IMG/VR virus record: IMGVR_UViG_3300020473_000023
Coordinates: 42,285-106,284 of that record
From: a virus
Length of the DNA stretch: 64,000 nt
Reading direction: 5' to 3' (one strand)
Shown: piece after piece, positions 18,367-27,363 of the stretch
Numbering within the stretch: the stretch's first letter is position 1
How the letters are laid out: every line of letters starts with the position of its first letter
Notes under the pieces: model-generated
What the model was told of the DNA's origin: nothing
Databases searched by the model: none
What the model saw: only the letters and a program-made list of their open reading frames with translations
Program-made: the position numbers and the translations under genes

Positions 18367-19275
18367 TTACTCAAGAATGTGTGCAGAGTTTAAAGTGAAA
18401 TGCATTCTACAAAAATTACATCCTTCACCAAGCAGGCTCCAGCATTCTGAAGCTATAAAGTATAGAAACTTTAAATCGTGCTGAAACTTGTTATTAATAT
18501 CTGTTGATCTACAGACAAATCTGATATCTAGGACTCCGCCTCTGTTGAGAATGTGAATCATTGAGATGCAGGTATCTTCTGTGAACACGTACCTTCTAGA
18601 GCCTATACCTTCTTTTCTTTCATACGGATTATTTCCTGCTTGCTCATCATCTATTTTATTCATCAGTGTGTTGTAGATGTGACAATAGTATTCTTTCTCT
18701 GACTCCTCACTCATAGAAGATATATCTGACTCTTTAAATTCACCATCGTCATGAAGTGTAAAGGTTAGTTGATTGCACTCCTTGTTTGGAAAGTGTTTGA
18801 CAAAATTCCCAATCTGGCCGTAGATCTCTTTTAAGCTTAGATTCTTTTCAATGCAATTATGATAGTCAACAACCATGCTTGCAAGACGCCCTGATGCTCC
18901 ATTCATAATGCCATAGACGTTTGAGAGTGCAGGCCATCTGGCAAACTCTTTGTAAAAGTAATCATACGAATCCTTAAGAGATTCAATTGTGTGAATTTCA
19001 TCTCCCCGGTGATTGTACCTTTCTCTAAGGACCTCAAATGTAGGCATCATAAAAACATATCTGTTGTTAAGATTGCTAACCTCTTCATAGAATTCTCTAG
19101 TTGCTTGATCGACATCTCTGTTATACATCTTAGAAAATACCATTCTTGATAGCTTCGACCTATCCATTAGATGCCATCGGTAGTCAGTCTTTTTGTGAAT
19201 GTCACTAATAAGTGTTGTCTTTCCAGAAAGGTCTGGCCCTTCAATGGAGATCATATTGATTGGAAAAGTTAGCAT
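18367..19275 (-). CDS. dNMP (thymidylate-type) kinase fused to a minimal thymidylate-synthase/dCMP-hydroxymethylase-like domain
   Basis: N-term EGPDLSGKTT and DR; C-term SRR, C-x19-RSTD-x7-D, SAHI. Confidence 0.75.
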   Translation of the reverse strand: MLTFPINMISIEGPDLSGKTTLISDIHKKTDYRWHLMDRSKLSRMVFSKMYNRDVDQATREFYEEVSNLNNRYVFMMPTFEVLRERYNHRGDEIHTIESLKDSYDYFYKEFARWPALSNVYGIMNGASGRLASMVVDYHNCIEKNLSLKEIYGQIGNFVKHFPNKECNQLTFTLHDDGEFKESDISSMSEESEKEYYCHIYNTLMNKIDDEQAGNNPYERKEGIGSRRYVFTEDTCISMIHILNRGGVLDIRFVCRSTDINNKFQHDLKFLYFIASECWSLLGEGCNFCRMHFTLNSAHILE

Positions 19276-19284
19276 TATCCTACC

Positions 19285-22200
19285 TCACACATTAATCTTT
19301 CTCATCTTGTAGGAAGATGTACTACATCCCCAAGATTCAGTTGATGCAACTTCAGCAATCCATATTGTATATGGATCAGGAACTTCTTTAAACTTTGTCC
19401 AGACTCTAAGCCAGCAGCTTTCAGAATTGTTATCGCAAACTCTCATTCTATAGAATATCTTTCCATTCTTGGTCTTCTTCTCAATAATTTCCTGAATGCA
19501 GAACCAGACTACATCTTTTGTCTTTCCAGAGAGTGCAGTAATCGGCTTAAGTTCAGACTTCTTAATCTTTTCCATTATCTTGGGAGGAAAGACAAGCGTC
19601 TCGTCAGCTCCTGACATTAAGTCAACACTGAACCCGATCTTTAGGGTTCGAGACCAGTCAGCAGACCCGTAGTTGTCAACAATAAGCTTAGGAACAAATT
19701 CCTCAACAGTTGCCTGTGTCTTGAGGAGGCGCTTATGTGCAGTCTTTGTCATCCCATACCTACCTTTCTTCAATTGATCATAGTTTCCAACAATTATATC
19801 ATGAAGCTGTCTGTGATTTTGAATTTCTCCTTGGGATATTTCTGCTATACTTCCAAACGCCTCTACCTTACAAAGAGAATCAAAGGCTGTTTTATTTAGC
19901 TTGGAAGGCTTCCACTTCCCATCTTCTGTAAATAAAATATCATCAAGGGTGCTATATGGTCTATTTTCCATAATCTCAGTAACAGCAGATCCTCCAACAC
20001 CTTTGATAGCAGTAAGCGGTGGTACGAACCCTTGCCTTTCTTCACTATACACCCAGACGTCTGAAGAAGCATTGATATCGGGTTGAAGGATTTTATATCC
20101 TAGTGACTTGATCTCTGCTATGATCTTTGCAAACTTTGGAGATCCGTTCCACGTCTGAAGGCATGTAGCGAGCCATTCCTTTTCATGGTATGTGTGTAAC
20201 CATGCAGAATAATATGAATCAACAGCGTAGGCGACCGCATGTGACTTATTGAAGCCATAGGCAGAGAACGCCTCAATTGTCTCGTAGAGCTTGGTTGCTT
20301 TGTCTTCTGCCATGCCAGATAGTTTAACGGCACCTCCAATAAACTTCTCTCTAAGGTCAGCCCTCTCTTTTGCCTTTTTGTCATTCATGTCAAGAGACTT
20401 CTTGACAAGAGTCTTTCTCATCTTATCTGAAGCGCCTTTGTCGAATCCGCACAGCTTTTGTGCAATAAGCATGAACTGCTCCTGAAAGACGACGAATCCA
20501 CGGCTTTCGCTTAGGAGATCTTCAAGGACAGGGTGGTCGTATGTAATGCTTTCAATGTTTTCACCGGCCCGAACATATTTCCTATGAACGTTAGCTGCAA
20601 GGGGTCCTGGTCGATAGATTGCTGTAATGGTTGCAAGGTCTTCAATAGATCTAGGCTTGGCAGCCACACAGAAGTTTCTAGCACCTGTATTTGTGAACTG
20701 AAATACTTGGACGAATCTCCCATCGTGATAAACGTATTCCCAAACCTTTTGATCATCCATCTTGTGAAATCTACTATTTAGATTTGCATCAAAGAATTCA
20801 TTAATATCGTCAAACGTAGGATTTTCTACGCCTTGGTTTCTTAGGATGAGTCTGATAGAATCTTCCACCATTTTAAGAGTTGCTAGCCCAAGAAAGTCAA
20901 ATTTAAGAAATCCATTCTCTTCAAGGTGCCTCCAGTTCATTCCTTCTGACCACGGTGTTTGAAGCTCACCCCTAACTTTAATGACAGGCATACTGCTCTC
21001 AAGATCTGGGCAGACTAATACACCGCCAGCATGGCGACCGATCGATCTAGGCTCCATAAAGAGAGATTGAACGTGCTCTGCAATCTTAGGGTTATCGTTC
21101 ATAAATTCCCGATAGGGTTCGCTGTATTTCATGCAGTCCTCATGAGAAAGAACATATGTTGACTTTTCCTCATGATCACCCATGGCTCTTGGCATTACCT
21201 CTCTTTCCAGCGGACCTGTTAGAGCGTTTATCTTATCAAAAGGAATTCCATAAAACTTAGAAACGTCCTTAACAAGTGACCTTAACTTTAAAGTGTTAAA
21301 GTTGGAGACAGGTATGACAGAGTCTTCGCCAAAGAGCTCTCGAGAGACATCGATGAGTACATCTCTATCACCTACGTCAGAATCAATATCAGGCCAAGAA
21401 GCCTTGTGAATGCCAAGAAATCTCTCGAACAGAAGCCCATATTGAATAGGGTCAATGTGGGTAATCCCAAGGACATAGTTTACTAAGCTTCCGCCACCAG
21501 AACCTCGACCCGGACCGAGTAGAGTTCTATGCTGAGACTTCTCAAACACCTTAGTTAGAGTCAAGAAGTAATTTTCAAAGCCTAGCTGCTTAATAACAGA
21601 CATTTCCTCCCTAATCCGATTGACGTACTCGAGATTGTCATGAAGCCCTTCTTTGATCATTCCCTGCTTTACCTGTTCAACAAGCTGAGTAAACGCAGGC
21701 TTCTCAGGTGTTCCGAAGTTTGGAAGCTTTGCTGATCCGTCAAACCAGACTTCTTCGCAGAGGTCCCAGGCAATTCCATGAGATCTCTCAATTGCTTCTC
21801 GAACAGCTGTCTCACTTCCCTTATAGAAATCATATTTATCATAGCTCTTTCCAAATTCATCCCACATCTGCTGTGCATTCTTAGGATAGAGCTCACACTT
21901 TAAATCCTCCTTCTGGGGAAGTTTAGGCATTTCATCGCCTCTTGCACCCATTCTTCCAAGCATCTTATACATCTCTCTTGCCTCCCACATGTCTGGATTG
22001 CAATAGTGAGAATCAGCTGTGGCAAGAAGTGGGACTCCTGTCTTTTCAGAAAGCTTGATCAAGCACCTATTGGCAAGGTTTTGTGCAACAAGATCATTAA
22101 ACTGTATTTCAAGAAAAAAGTTTTCTTCGCCTACGGCATCTACAAATCTGTCTGTCATATTCTCAAGCTTTCTCATGATCTGATTAAGGACAACAGGATC

Positions 22201-22869
22201 GTCTACAAGATCGGGTGTCAGCTCATCAAACCTCTTTCCTTCAAAGTGCTGAAAGATATGGCCCGAAGGACGCCCACCAACACACGCTGTGGACACAGCA
22301 AGCCCTTCAGAGTGTTCCTTAAGCATCTTGTAGTCAATACGGGGAAACCTATAGAACCCCTCCTTGTATGATCTCTTGACCAATCTAAAGAGGTTCTGCA
22401 ACCCTTTGTAATTCTTAGCGAGAACTACAAGATGGTACCGCTTTTTCCAGGAGGGATAGGTTCCCCTCTCTGCCTTGGATTCATCTTCGTTTTCAATAAC
22501 CAAGCCATCGTTCTCATCCCCCTCAGAAACCTCACTCTTTGACTTCTTCTGAAGTTCTTTCTCAAGCCTGACCTGCTCTCTATATTGATTATAGTCTGTT
22601 TGCCATTCGTCTAAGTCATCTACAAAGTAGCACTCACAGCCATAGATGTGTCGATATCCCACCCCTTTGTTCTTTAGCTTTTTAGCATAGTTGTGAGCAT
22701 GAGCAGCAGAGTTCATGTGCCCATGATTTGTTAATGCAAAAGCATCCATTCCATTTTCAAGAACAAAGTCAATATGCTCGTTAGGGTATCCAAGGCCATC
22801 ATATACAGAGCTTCCATCGTGAGCATGAAGACCTACAAATCTTTTAGGTATGGTAAAATTATTAAACAC
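19285..22869 (-). CDS. dnaE: DNA polymerase III alpha subunit (family C)
   Basis: PHP domain (LHAH, GCE, ADSH), GRGSGGGSL, LFERFL, PDIDSD, KFDFLGL, YGFNKSHA. Confidence 0.97.
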   Translation of the reverse strand: MFNNFTIPKRFVGLHAHDGSSVYDGLGYPNEHIDFVLENGMDAFALTNHGHMNSAAHAHNYAKKLKNKGVGYRHIYGCECYFVDDLDEWQTDYNQYREQVRLEKELQKKSKSEVSEGDENDGLVIENEDESKAERGTYPSWKKRYHLVVLAKNYKGLQNLFRLVKRSYKEGFYRFPRIDYKMLKEHSEGLAVSTACVGGRPSGHIFQHFEGKRFDELTPDLVDDPVVLNQIMRKLENMTDRFVDAVGEENFFLEIQFNDLVAQNLANRCLIKLSEKTGVPLLATADSHYCNPDMWEAREMYKMLGRMGARGDEMPKLPQKEDLKCELYPKNAQQMWDEFGKSYDKYDFYKGSETAVREAIERSHGIAWDLCEEVWFDGSAKLPNFGTPEKPAFTQLVEQVKQGMIKEGLHDNLEYVNRIREEMSVIKQLGFENYFLTLTKVFEKSQHRTLLGPGRGSGGGSLVNYVLGITHIDPIQYGLLFERFLGIHKASWPDIDSDVGDRDVLIDVSRELFGEDSVIPVSNFNTLKLRSLVKDVSKFYGIPFDKINALTGPLEREVMPRAMGDHEEKSTYVLSHEDCMKYSEPYREFMNDNPKIAEHVQSLFMEPRSIGRHAGGVLVCPDLESSMPVIKVRGELQTPWSEGMNWRHLEENGFLKFDFLGLATLKMVEDSIRLILRNQGVENPTFDDINEFFDANLNSRFHKMDDQKVWEYVYHDGRFVQVFQFTNTGARNFCVAAKPRSIEDLATITAIYRPGPLAANVHRKYVRAGENIESITYDHPVLEDLLSESRGFVVFQEQFMLIAQKLCGFDKGASDKMRKTLVKKSLDMNDKKAKERADLREKFIGGAVKLSGMAEDKATKLYETIEAFSAYGFNKSHAVAYAVDSYYSAWLHTYHEKEWLATCLQTWNGSPKFAKIIAEIKSLGYKILQPDINASSDVWVYSEERQGFVPPLTAIKGVGGSAVTEIMENRPYSTLDDILFTEDGKWKPSKLNKTAFDSLCKVEAFGSIAEISQGEIQNHRQLHDIIVGNYDQLKKGRYGMTKTAHKRLLKTQATVEEFVPKLIVDNYGSADWSRTLKIGFSVDLMSGADETLVFPPKIMEKIKKSELKPITALSGKTKDVVWFCIQEIIEKKTKNGKIFYRMRVCDNNSESCWLRVWTKFKEVPDPYTIWIAEVASTESWGCSTSSYKMRKINV

Positions 22870-22891
22870 TACTACTTGCCTCCTATGTTTA

Positions 22892-22919
22892 ATTGTAAAT
22901 CAAATAGGGAAAATTTACA
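22892..22919 (-). promoter_or_regulatory. putative early/middle promoter for dnaE
   Basis: TGTAAA-N16-TACAAT, then AGGAGG RBS. Confidence 0.6.
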
Positions 22920-22931
22920 TGAAAATAGAGA

Positions 22932-24002
22932 TCAATCTATAAATTTTCTTCTCAGCCTGAGGGACTCTAGCTTTTCAATAAGCTCTTTCTCTTCTGGGGA
23001 AGCGTCTGTCGGGATGCTTACAGTAACATGAACATTGTGAAATCCACGAATCTGAGCATTGATATCAACAGGAAGCCCTTCATTTGAAATTTGAATAATA
23101 TCACCTGGCTGAATTCCCGGTCTAATTTCTACAGAAAGAGTCTTATCTATTCCCCCTATATTAACCTTTGACCCAAGAACAGCTTCACTATAGGATATAG
23201 ATACGTGACTATGAATATCACTACCATCCCTATAGAGCTTCTGGTGATCTTTGACTACAATCTCTAAGAAAGCATCTCCGGCAATGTCCGCTGTGGCTTC
23301 TTTGTTTCCCATGCCCGAAAGCTTAAGAACATTTCCAGAATGGATTCCACTGGGTATCGAGACATTAATTTCCTTTTTCTTTCGTACAGACCCAGAACCG
23401 TGACAGCTAGAGCATGGGTTGGATATTGTAAATCCGTATCCTGAGCAGCTTCCACAAGAAGTTGCAAATGTTACAAACCCCCCGACACTTTGCTGAACCC
23501 TTCCTGTTCCGGCGCATGTCTTGCACCTAGACCTATCTGACTTATCTAAATAGCCATGCCCTGAACACGGTTCACATAGAACTATTTGATTGATATGAAT
23601 AGTCTTACTGCAACCTGTTAGGACTTCTTCAAGGTCTATTTCAATCGTATTCTTAGTGTCTGATCCCTTTCTCTTAACATCACGCTGTCTTCTTCCACCA
23701 AAAAAGTGATCAAATCCTGAGAACATATTTTCAAAATGTCCGAATATATCTCTTGGATCGAACTGAGAAGAGAAGCTAGAAGAGACACCCTCGTGTCCAA
23801 ATCTATCATAATTTACACGCTTTTCAGGATCAGAAAGCACTGAATAAGCCTCGGCTGCTTCTTTAAATTTTAGCTCAGCATCCGGATCATCTGGATTCTT
23901 ATCAGGATGATATTTCATAGCCTGCTTTCGATAAGCTTTCTTTATATCACCCTCAGAAGAGTCTTTTTTAACTCCTAGTATTTCATAATAGTCTCTTTTC
24001 AA
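22932..24002 (-). CDS. dnaJ: chaperone DnaJ
   Basis: DYYEILGV...HPD J-domain, G/F region, four CxxCxGxG repeats, C-terminal domain. Confidence 0.97.
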   Translation of the reverse strand: MKRDYYEILGVKKDSSEGDIKKAYRKQAMKYHPDKNPDDPDAELKFKEAAEAYSVLSDPEKRVNYDRFGHEGVSSSFSSQFDPRDIFGHFENMFSGFDHFFGGRRQRDVKRKGSDTKNTIEIDLEEVLTGCSKTIHINQIVLCEPCSGHGYLDKSDRSRCKTCAGTGRVQQSVGGFVTFATSCGSCSGYGFTISNPCSSCHGSGSVRKKKEINVSIPSGIHSGNVLKLSGMGNKEATADIAGDAFLEIVVKDHQKLYRDGSDIHSHVSISYSEAVLGSKVNIGGIDKTLSVEIRPGIQPGDIIQISNEGLPVDINAQIRGFHNVHVTVSIPTDASPEEKELIEKLESLRLRRKFID

Positions 24003-24247
24003 ATATCTTTCTCGTAATAGTTTCTAGTTACAATCATTTCAGATTTCTCACCGTCTACAGAGTATTTAATCTCCATTTCCCAAGAAGGCTCTTTGACATT
24101 GTTTAAGAATCTTTCCTGAATATAGAATAGCTCGTCTCTTCGCTTAACTTTTTCTACTTCTTCTTTTGCAGACTCCCAAGAAGAGAAAATTCCAACCAAG
24201 GAAGTTGAAATATTTCTACATCGGATAAGGGCATATACTTTATTCAA
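23999..24247 (-). CDS. hypothetical protein
   Basis: fills the gap between NDT and dnaJ; probable TTG start overlapping the NDT stop. Confidence 0.55.
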   Translation of the reverse strand: MNKVYALIRCRNISTSLVGIFSSWESAKEEVEKVKRRDELFYIQERFLNNVKEPSWEMEIKYSVDGEKSEMIVTRNYYEKDI

Positions 24248-24680
24248 TACTTCCATAGTAAGGCTCATGAAGAAGCATGCTGAGATCTGAGCATCGAGAA
24301 AGATAATCATCAAGCTCATCAAACGAGGTGCAGACCTTGGCCCCCGATTGTGCTAGCATTAGATTAAATGTAGCTCCTTCTGGAAGCCCTGCACAAAAAT
24401 AAACTATAGGTGTATCAGATTGAAAGGCAACGCCTGCTTCAAAAATACTTCCCATATCTTTATCGCGAGTATTGCAAATTACAAAGTCATTTCCAAGAAT
24501 GTGTTCAACATTTCCCTCAAACGTCTCTCTTTGTGTCTTAAGATCAGCTGTTGGCGGACATACAAAGAAGTCTTTTGGTGAAAAATAGTCAAATCCATTT
24601 TTTGTAAGAAGTGATTTAATAGTTTCAACCTCCTCAAAGGCAGTCGGTGTAAACCAAGAGCTTGCAATATACGCTTTCAT
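24240..24680 (-). CDS. nucleoside 2-deoxyribosyltransferase / nucleotide N-glycosidase family protein
   Basis: YIASSWF, FSP, DMGSIFEAGVA, PIVYF, NLML. Confidence 0.85.
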   Translation of the reverse strand: MKAYIASSWFTPTAFEEVETIKSLLTKNGFDYFSPKDFFVCPPTADLKTQRETFEGNVEHILGNDFVICNTRDKDMGSIFEAGVAFQSDTPIVYFCAGLPEGATFNLMLAQSGAKVCTSFDELDDYLSRCSDLSMLLHEPYYGSIE

Positions 24681-24690
24681 TAACTTTCTC

Positions 24691-25680
24691 CTATTTGTTA
24701 TTGTTCATATAGTTTGCGTATTCATCTTTCATTTCTTGAATTTCTTCAAGAGTTGAAGTCCAAATTTTCTCAAAAATAGTTGGACCGTCATTAGGAACTG
24801 TTCCCTTAATATCTTCTCGACGAGATTGATAAATTGAATCATCAGGGTGATATTCAAACAGATCGTTCTTTGGCTCCGGCCAGTATAGATTTGTTCCCCT
24901 TGAGGTGAAGCCACCTTGTCCATCGGAAACTCTAAAAGTCTTTACATAGTGCATATCAGGCTTGTCAAAGTTAATTCTAGAAGAGGCTTCTGGGAGAACC
25001 TTGATTAGCTCCTTAGCCATATAGGCTGCCAGCAAATTGTCTGCAGCTGGTTGAATTTGCATATCTTGCCTCTGGGCGATGAAGCCTAAAAGATCTTTGA
25101 GATTAAGTCTCATCAGATAAAAAGATGTCATGCACTTTGGAAGAATCATTCTAGCATCCATCATAGAGACATCTTTTGAATCTGTCATGTCTGCATAGAG
25201 CTGCTTTGCCTCCCTTGTTAGTGTAATCCACCTATCTAAAAATTCAGGAGAGTTTTCAACAGCCTCAGGAATAACAGCAGGATCATCACGAAGATCTCGA
25301 TCGCCGGTGCACTGGGCGGCAAAAGAACCGGCTCGGTGTCGAATAATATGCGTGACTTCCTGGAATGACAAGCCGCTTAATTTAAAAGTAAACCCAAAAC
25401 ATTCCATTGGTGTTGGTAGTGCCCTAAAGCAGAGGACGTCTTCCAGATTAGAGGACATTTCTTGCGGTGTGGCTGTTGTAGGATTTGTGTCATCAGGGTT
25501 GTCTGCCCAGGTGGCTTTTACGTACTGCCAGGCAACGTTTAATGCCTGATCCCGAGTTGGATAGTCAACAAGCTCAACCTTTAAGGCTGACAAGTTGTTA
25601 AAAAATTCTGTAGTAGGCTCCTGTCCGAACTTTAGGTCCATTGGGAGACTGATTGGCTTAAGATTATGATTGACTGGCAT
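24691..25680 (-). CDS. thyX: flavin-dependent thymidylate synthase-like protein (Ser-to-Cys variant)
   Basis: TPME...F, RHRAGSFAAQC, DARMILP, NLKDLLGFIAQR. Confidence 0.75.
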   Translation of the reverse strand: MPVNHNLKPISLPMDLKFGQEPTTEFFNNLSALKVELVDYPTRDQALNVAWQYVKATWADNPDDTNPTTATPQEMSSNLEDVLCFRALPTPMECFGFTFKLSGLSFQEVTHIIRHRAGSFAAQCTGDRDLRDDPAVIPEAVENSPEFLDRWITLTREAKQLYADMTDSKDVSMMDARMILPKCMTSFYLMRLNLKDLLGFIAQRQDMQIQPAADNLLAAYMAKELIKVLPEASSRINFDKPDMHYVKTFRVSDGQGGFTSRGTNLYWPEPKNDLFEYHPDDSIYQSRREDIKGTVPNDGPTIFEKIWTSTLEEIQEMKDEYANYMNNNK

Positions 25681-25736
25681 TTATCTTCCTTTCATATTGA
25701 TTGTTACACGAAGGTGACACTTTGTTCACCTCTTTT

Positions 25737-26690
25737 TCACATAAAATTATTCTTCATTAAAAGAGCGTCGATGAGAACTCTTAGCTGGCTCGGGCCATAA
25801 TACATCTTGACGCCTTCAACACTTTCAAGCTCTGAATTGTATGAAGTAACGGGAGAAAGAGTTGAAACTCCGTGCTTGGCATATTCAGCGCTATGTTTGG
25901 CAGAATCATCAATAGCACATACAATTTTTCCAGAGTCAAAATATTCAGACTTAGTTAGCCATCTATACTTCTCAGCGCTAAAATCAACTCTGTGAAATTT
26001 TAACCCTGATTTGCTTAGCCACCTGTATGTATCATACTTACATTGAAGAACATCTCCTGGCCGAGCTGTTAAGAGTTGAATCCAGCATCCGCTATCATAA
26101 AAGTGATTTATAGTCTGTACGACACCTGTATCTACTGTGAGAGTTCTAAGCTTTCTTTCTGCCAAAAAGTCATCAAATACTTCTTCAGGATTTAGTCCGG
26201 CATCTCTAACTTCTGATGTAGTATAATACTCAGTAGACTCTCTGTCGACTAAAACGCCTCTCTCGGATTCAAGCCAGTCAATAAAGTTAGATCTAAAATG
26301 TGCAATCACATCATCAATATCAAATACAAGGACAGGCTGGCCCTCCCAGGCCTGAGATTCGATATGATATCTCATATGAAGAAACATGTCCTTATCTTCA
26401 AATGCGTCAGATAGAGATCCTGGGTCTATGTTCCAAAGATTTAAAATTGCAAGAAGATATCTAAAAACATCAACTGATTCGTATAGAATCTTTGAAGGAT
26501 CAGCAACGCTCCTAAGTCGTCTATGATCTTTAAAGTTAACTGCGCTTATTAGTTCAGAAACTTCGGCATGAAGAGCCAGGGCAAAAGATTTTGTCATCTC
26601 TTCTCTTTCACTATCTGACATATTTTCAGGTTTAAAAAAAAGATCAGAAAATTTATTTTGACGATTAAAGAAATAGTCTAAGTCTCTCAT
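25737..26690 (-). CDS. dimeric dUTPase/MazG-like domain fused to HAD 5'(3')-nucleotidase
   Basis: EVSEL...FKDH...YESVDVFRY N-term; FDIDDV, LTAR, K, IDD HAD motifs C-term. Confidence 0.8.
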   Translation of the reverse strand: MRDLDYFFNRQNKFSDLFFKPENMSDSEREEMTKSFALALHAEVSELISAVNFKDHRRLRSVADPSKILYESVDVFRYLLAILNLWNIDPGSLSDAFEDKDMFLHMRYHIESQAWEGQPVLVFDIDDVIAHFRSNFIDWLESERGVLVDRESTEYYTTSEVRDAGLNPEEVFDDFLAERKLRTLTVDTGVVQTINHFYDSGCWIQLLTARPGDVLQCKYDTYRWLSKSGLKFHRVDFSAEKYRWLTKSEYFDSGKIVCAIDDSAKHSAEYAKHGVSTLSPVTSYNSELESVEGVKMYYGPSQLRVLIDALLMKNNFM

Positions 26691-26706
26691 ATTTCCTCCT
26701 AGTTCA

Positions 26707-26734
26707 ATTATAACTTAGAAAGAAATAAAGTACA
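26707..26734 (-). promoter_or_regulatory. putative early/middle promoter
   Basis: TGTACT-N16-TATAAT, then AGGAGG RBS. Confidence 0.65.
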
Positions 26735-26741
26735 TGAGATA

Positions 26742-27113
26742 CTAATATCCTTCTGTCAACCTTTTGTGAATTACTTCGTCCTTTCTAGTATACTCTCTAA
26801 ACAAATCATCTGAGCTAAATCCTGTCATAATGAGAAGAGAGAAAAAGTAATTAAAGGCATCAACCATCTCTTCAAGAAACTTCTCTCTATCGAACCCAGA
26901 GATCTCAGTGACTCTATGCGGTTTCCAGTTTTTAAGATGCTGAAGGGCTTCGAACATTTCTTCGACACCCCTTAGAGCGACATCCCTGCAAATCTGCTGA
27001 TCCTCTTTTTTACTTAGGTCTAGAGGGGCGGTTGGAGTTGATCCGGGAATTTTTTCACCCAAAGATCTCATAAACAGCTCCCTCAGTTCAAACATAGAAT
27101 CAAGCTTGTCCAT
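26742..27113 (-). CDS. dimeric all-alpha dUTPase/dCTPase (T4 gp56-like)
   Basis: EEMFE...WKPH...EEMVD. Confidence 0.8.
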   Translation of the reverse strand: MDKLDSMFELRELFMRSLGEKIPGSTPTAPLDLSKKEDQQICRDVALRGVEEMFEALQHLKNWKPHRVTEISGFDREKFLEEMVDAFNYFFSLLIMTGFSSDDLFREYTRKDEVIHKRLTEGY

Positions 27114-27121
27114 CTAAAATA

Positions 27122-27361
27122 TCAACTCTCAACTAGAAGAGAGTCAACTGCGAGTGCTTCCGCGTCATCAAGCATTTTCTGAACTTGACCGTCTGATATT
27201 TCCCTATATTCACTTGTTAAAACAAGCTCCTCGTCATTCTCTTCAGAGGTGGTAACCTTAATCATTCTAAGGTGATCAACTACGTCTGTTCCGCTTAGGA
27301 TGGCCATTTGCAAAAGTTTTGCTACGTGGCTGATGACTTCATTTGAAAGTGTATAATTCAT
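27122..27361 (-). CDS. hypothetical protein
   Basis: 79 aa ORF, AGGAG RBS. Confidence 0.7.
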   Translation of the reverse strand: MNYTLSNEVISHVAKLLQMAILSGTDVVDHLRMIKVTTSEENDEELVLTSEYREISDGQVQKMLDDAEALAVDSLLVES

Positions 27362-27363
27362 AT

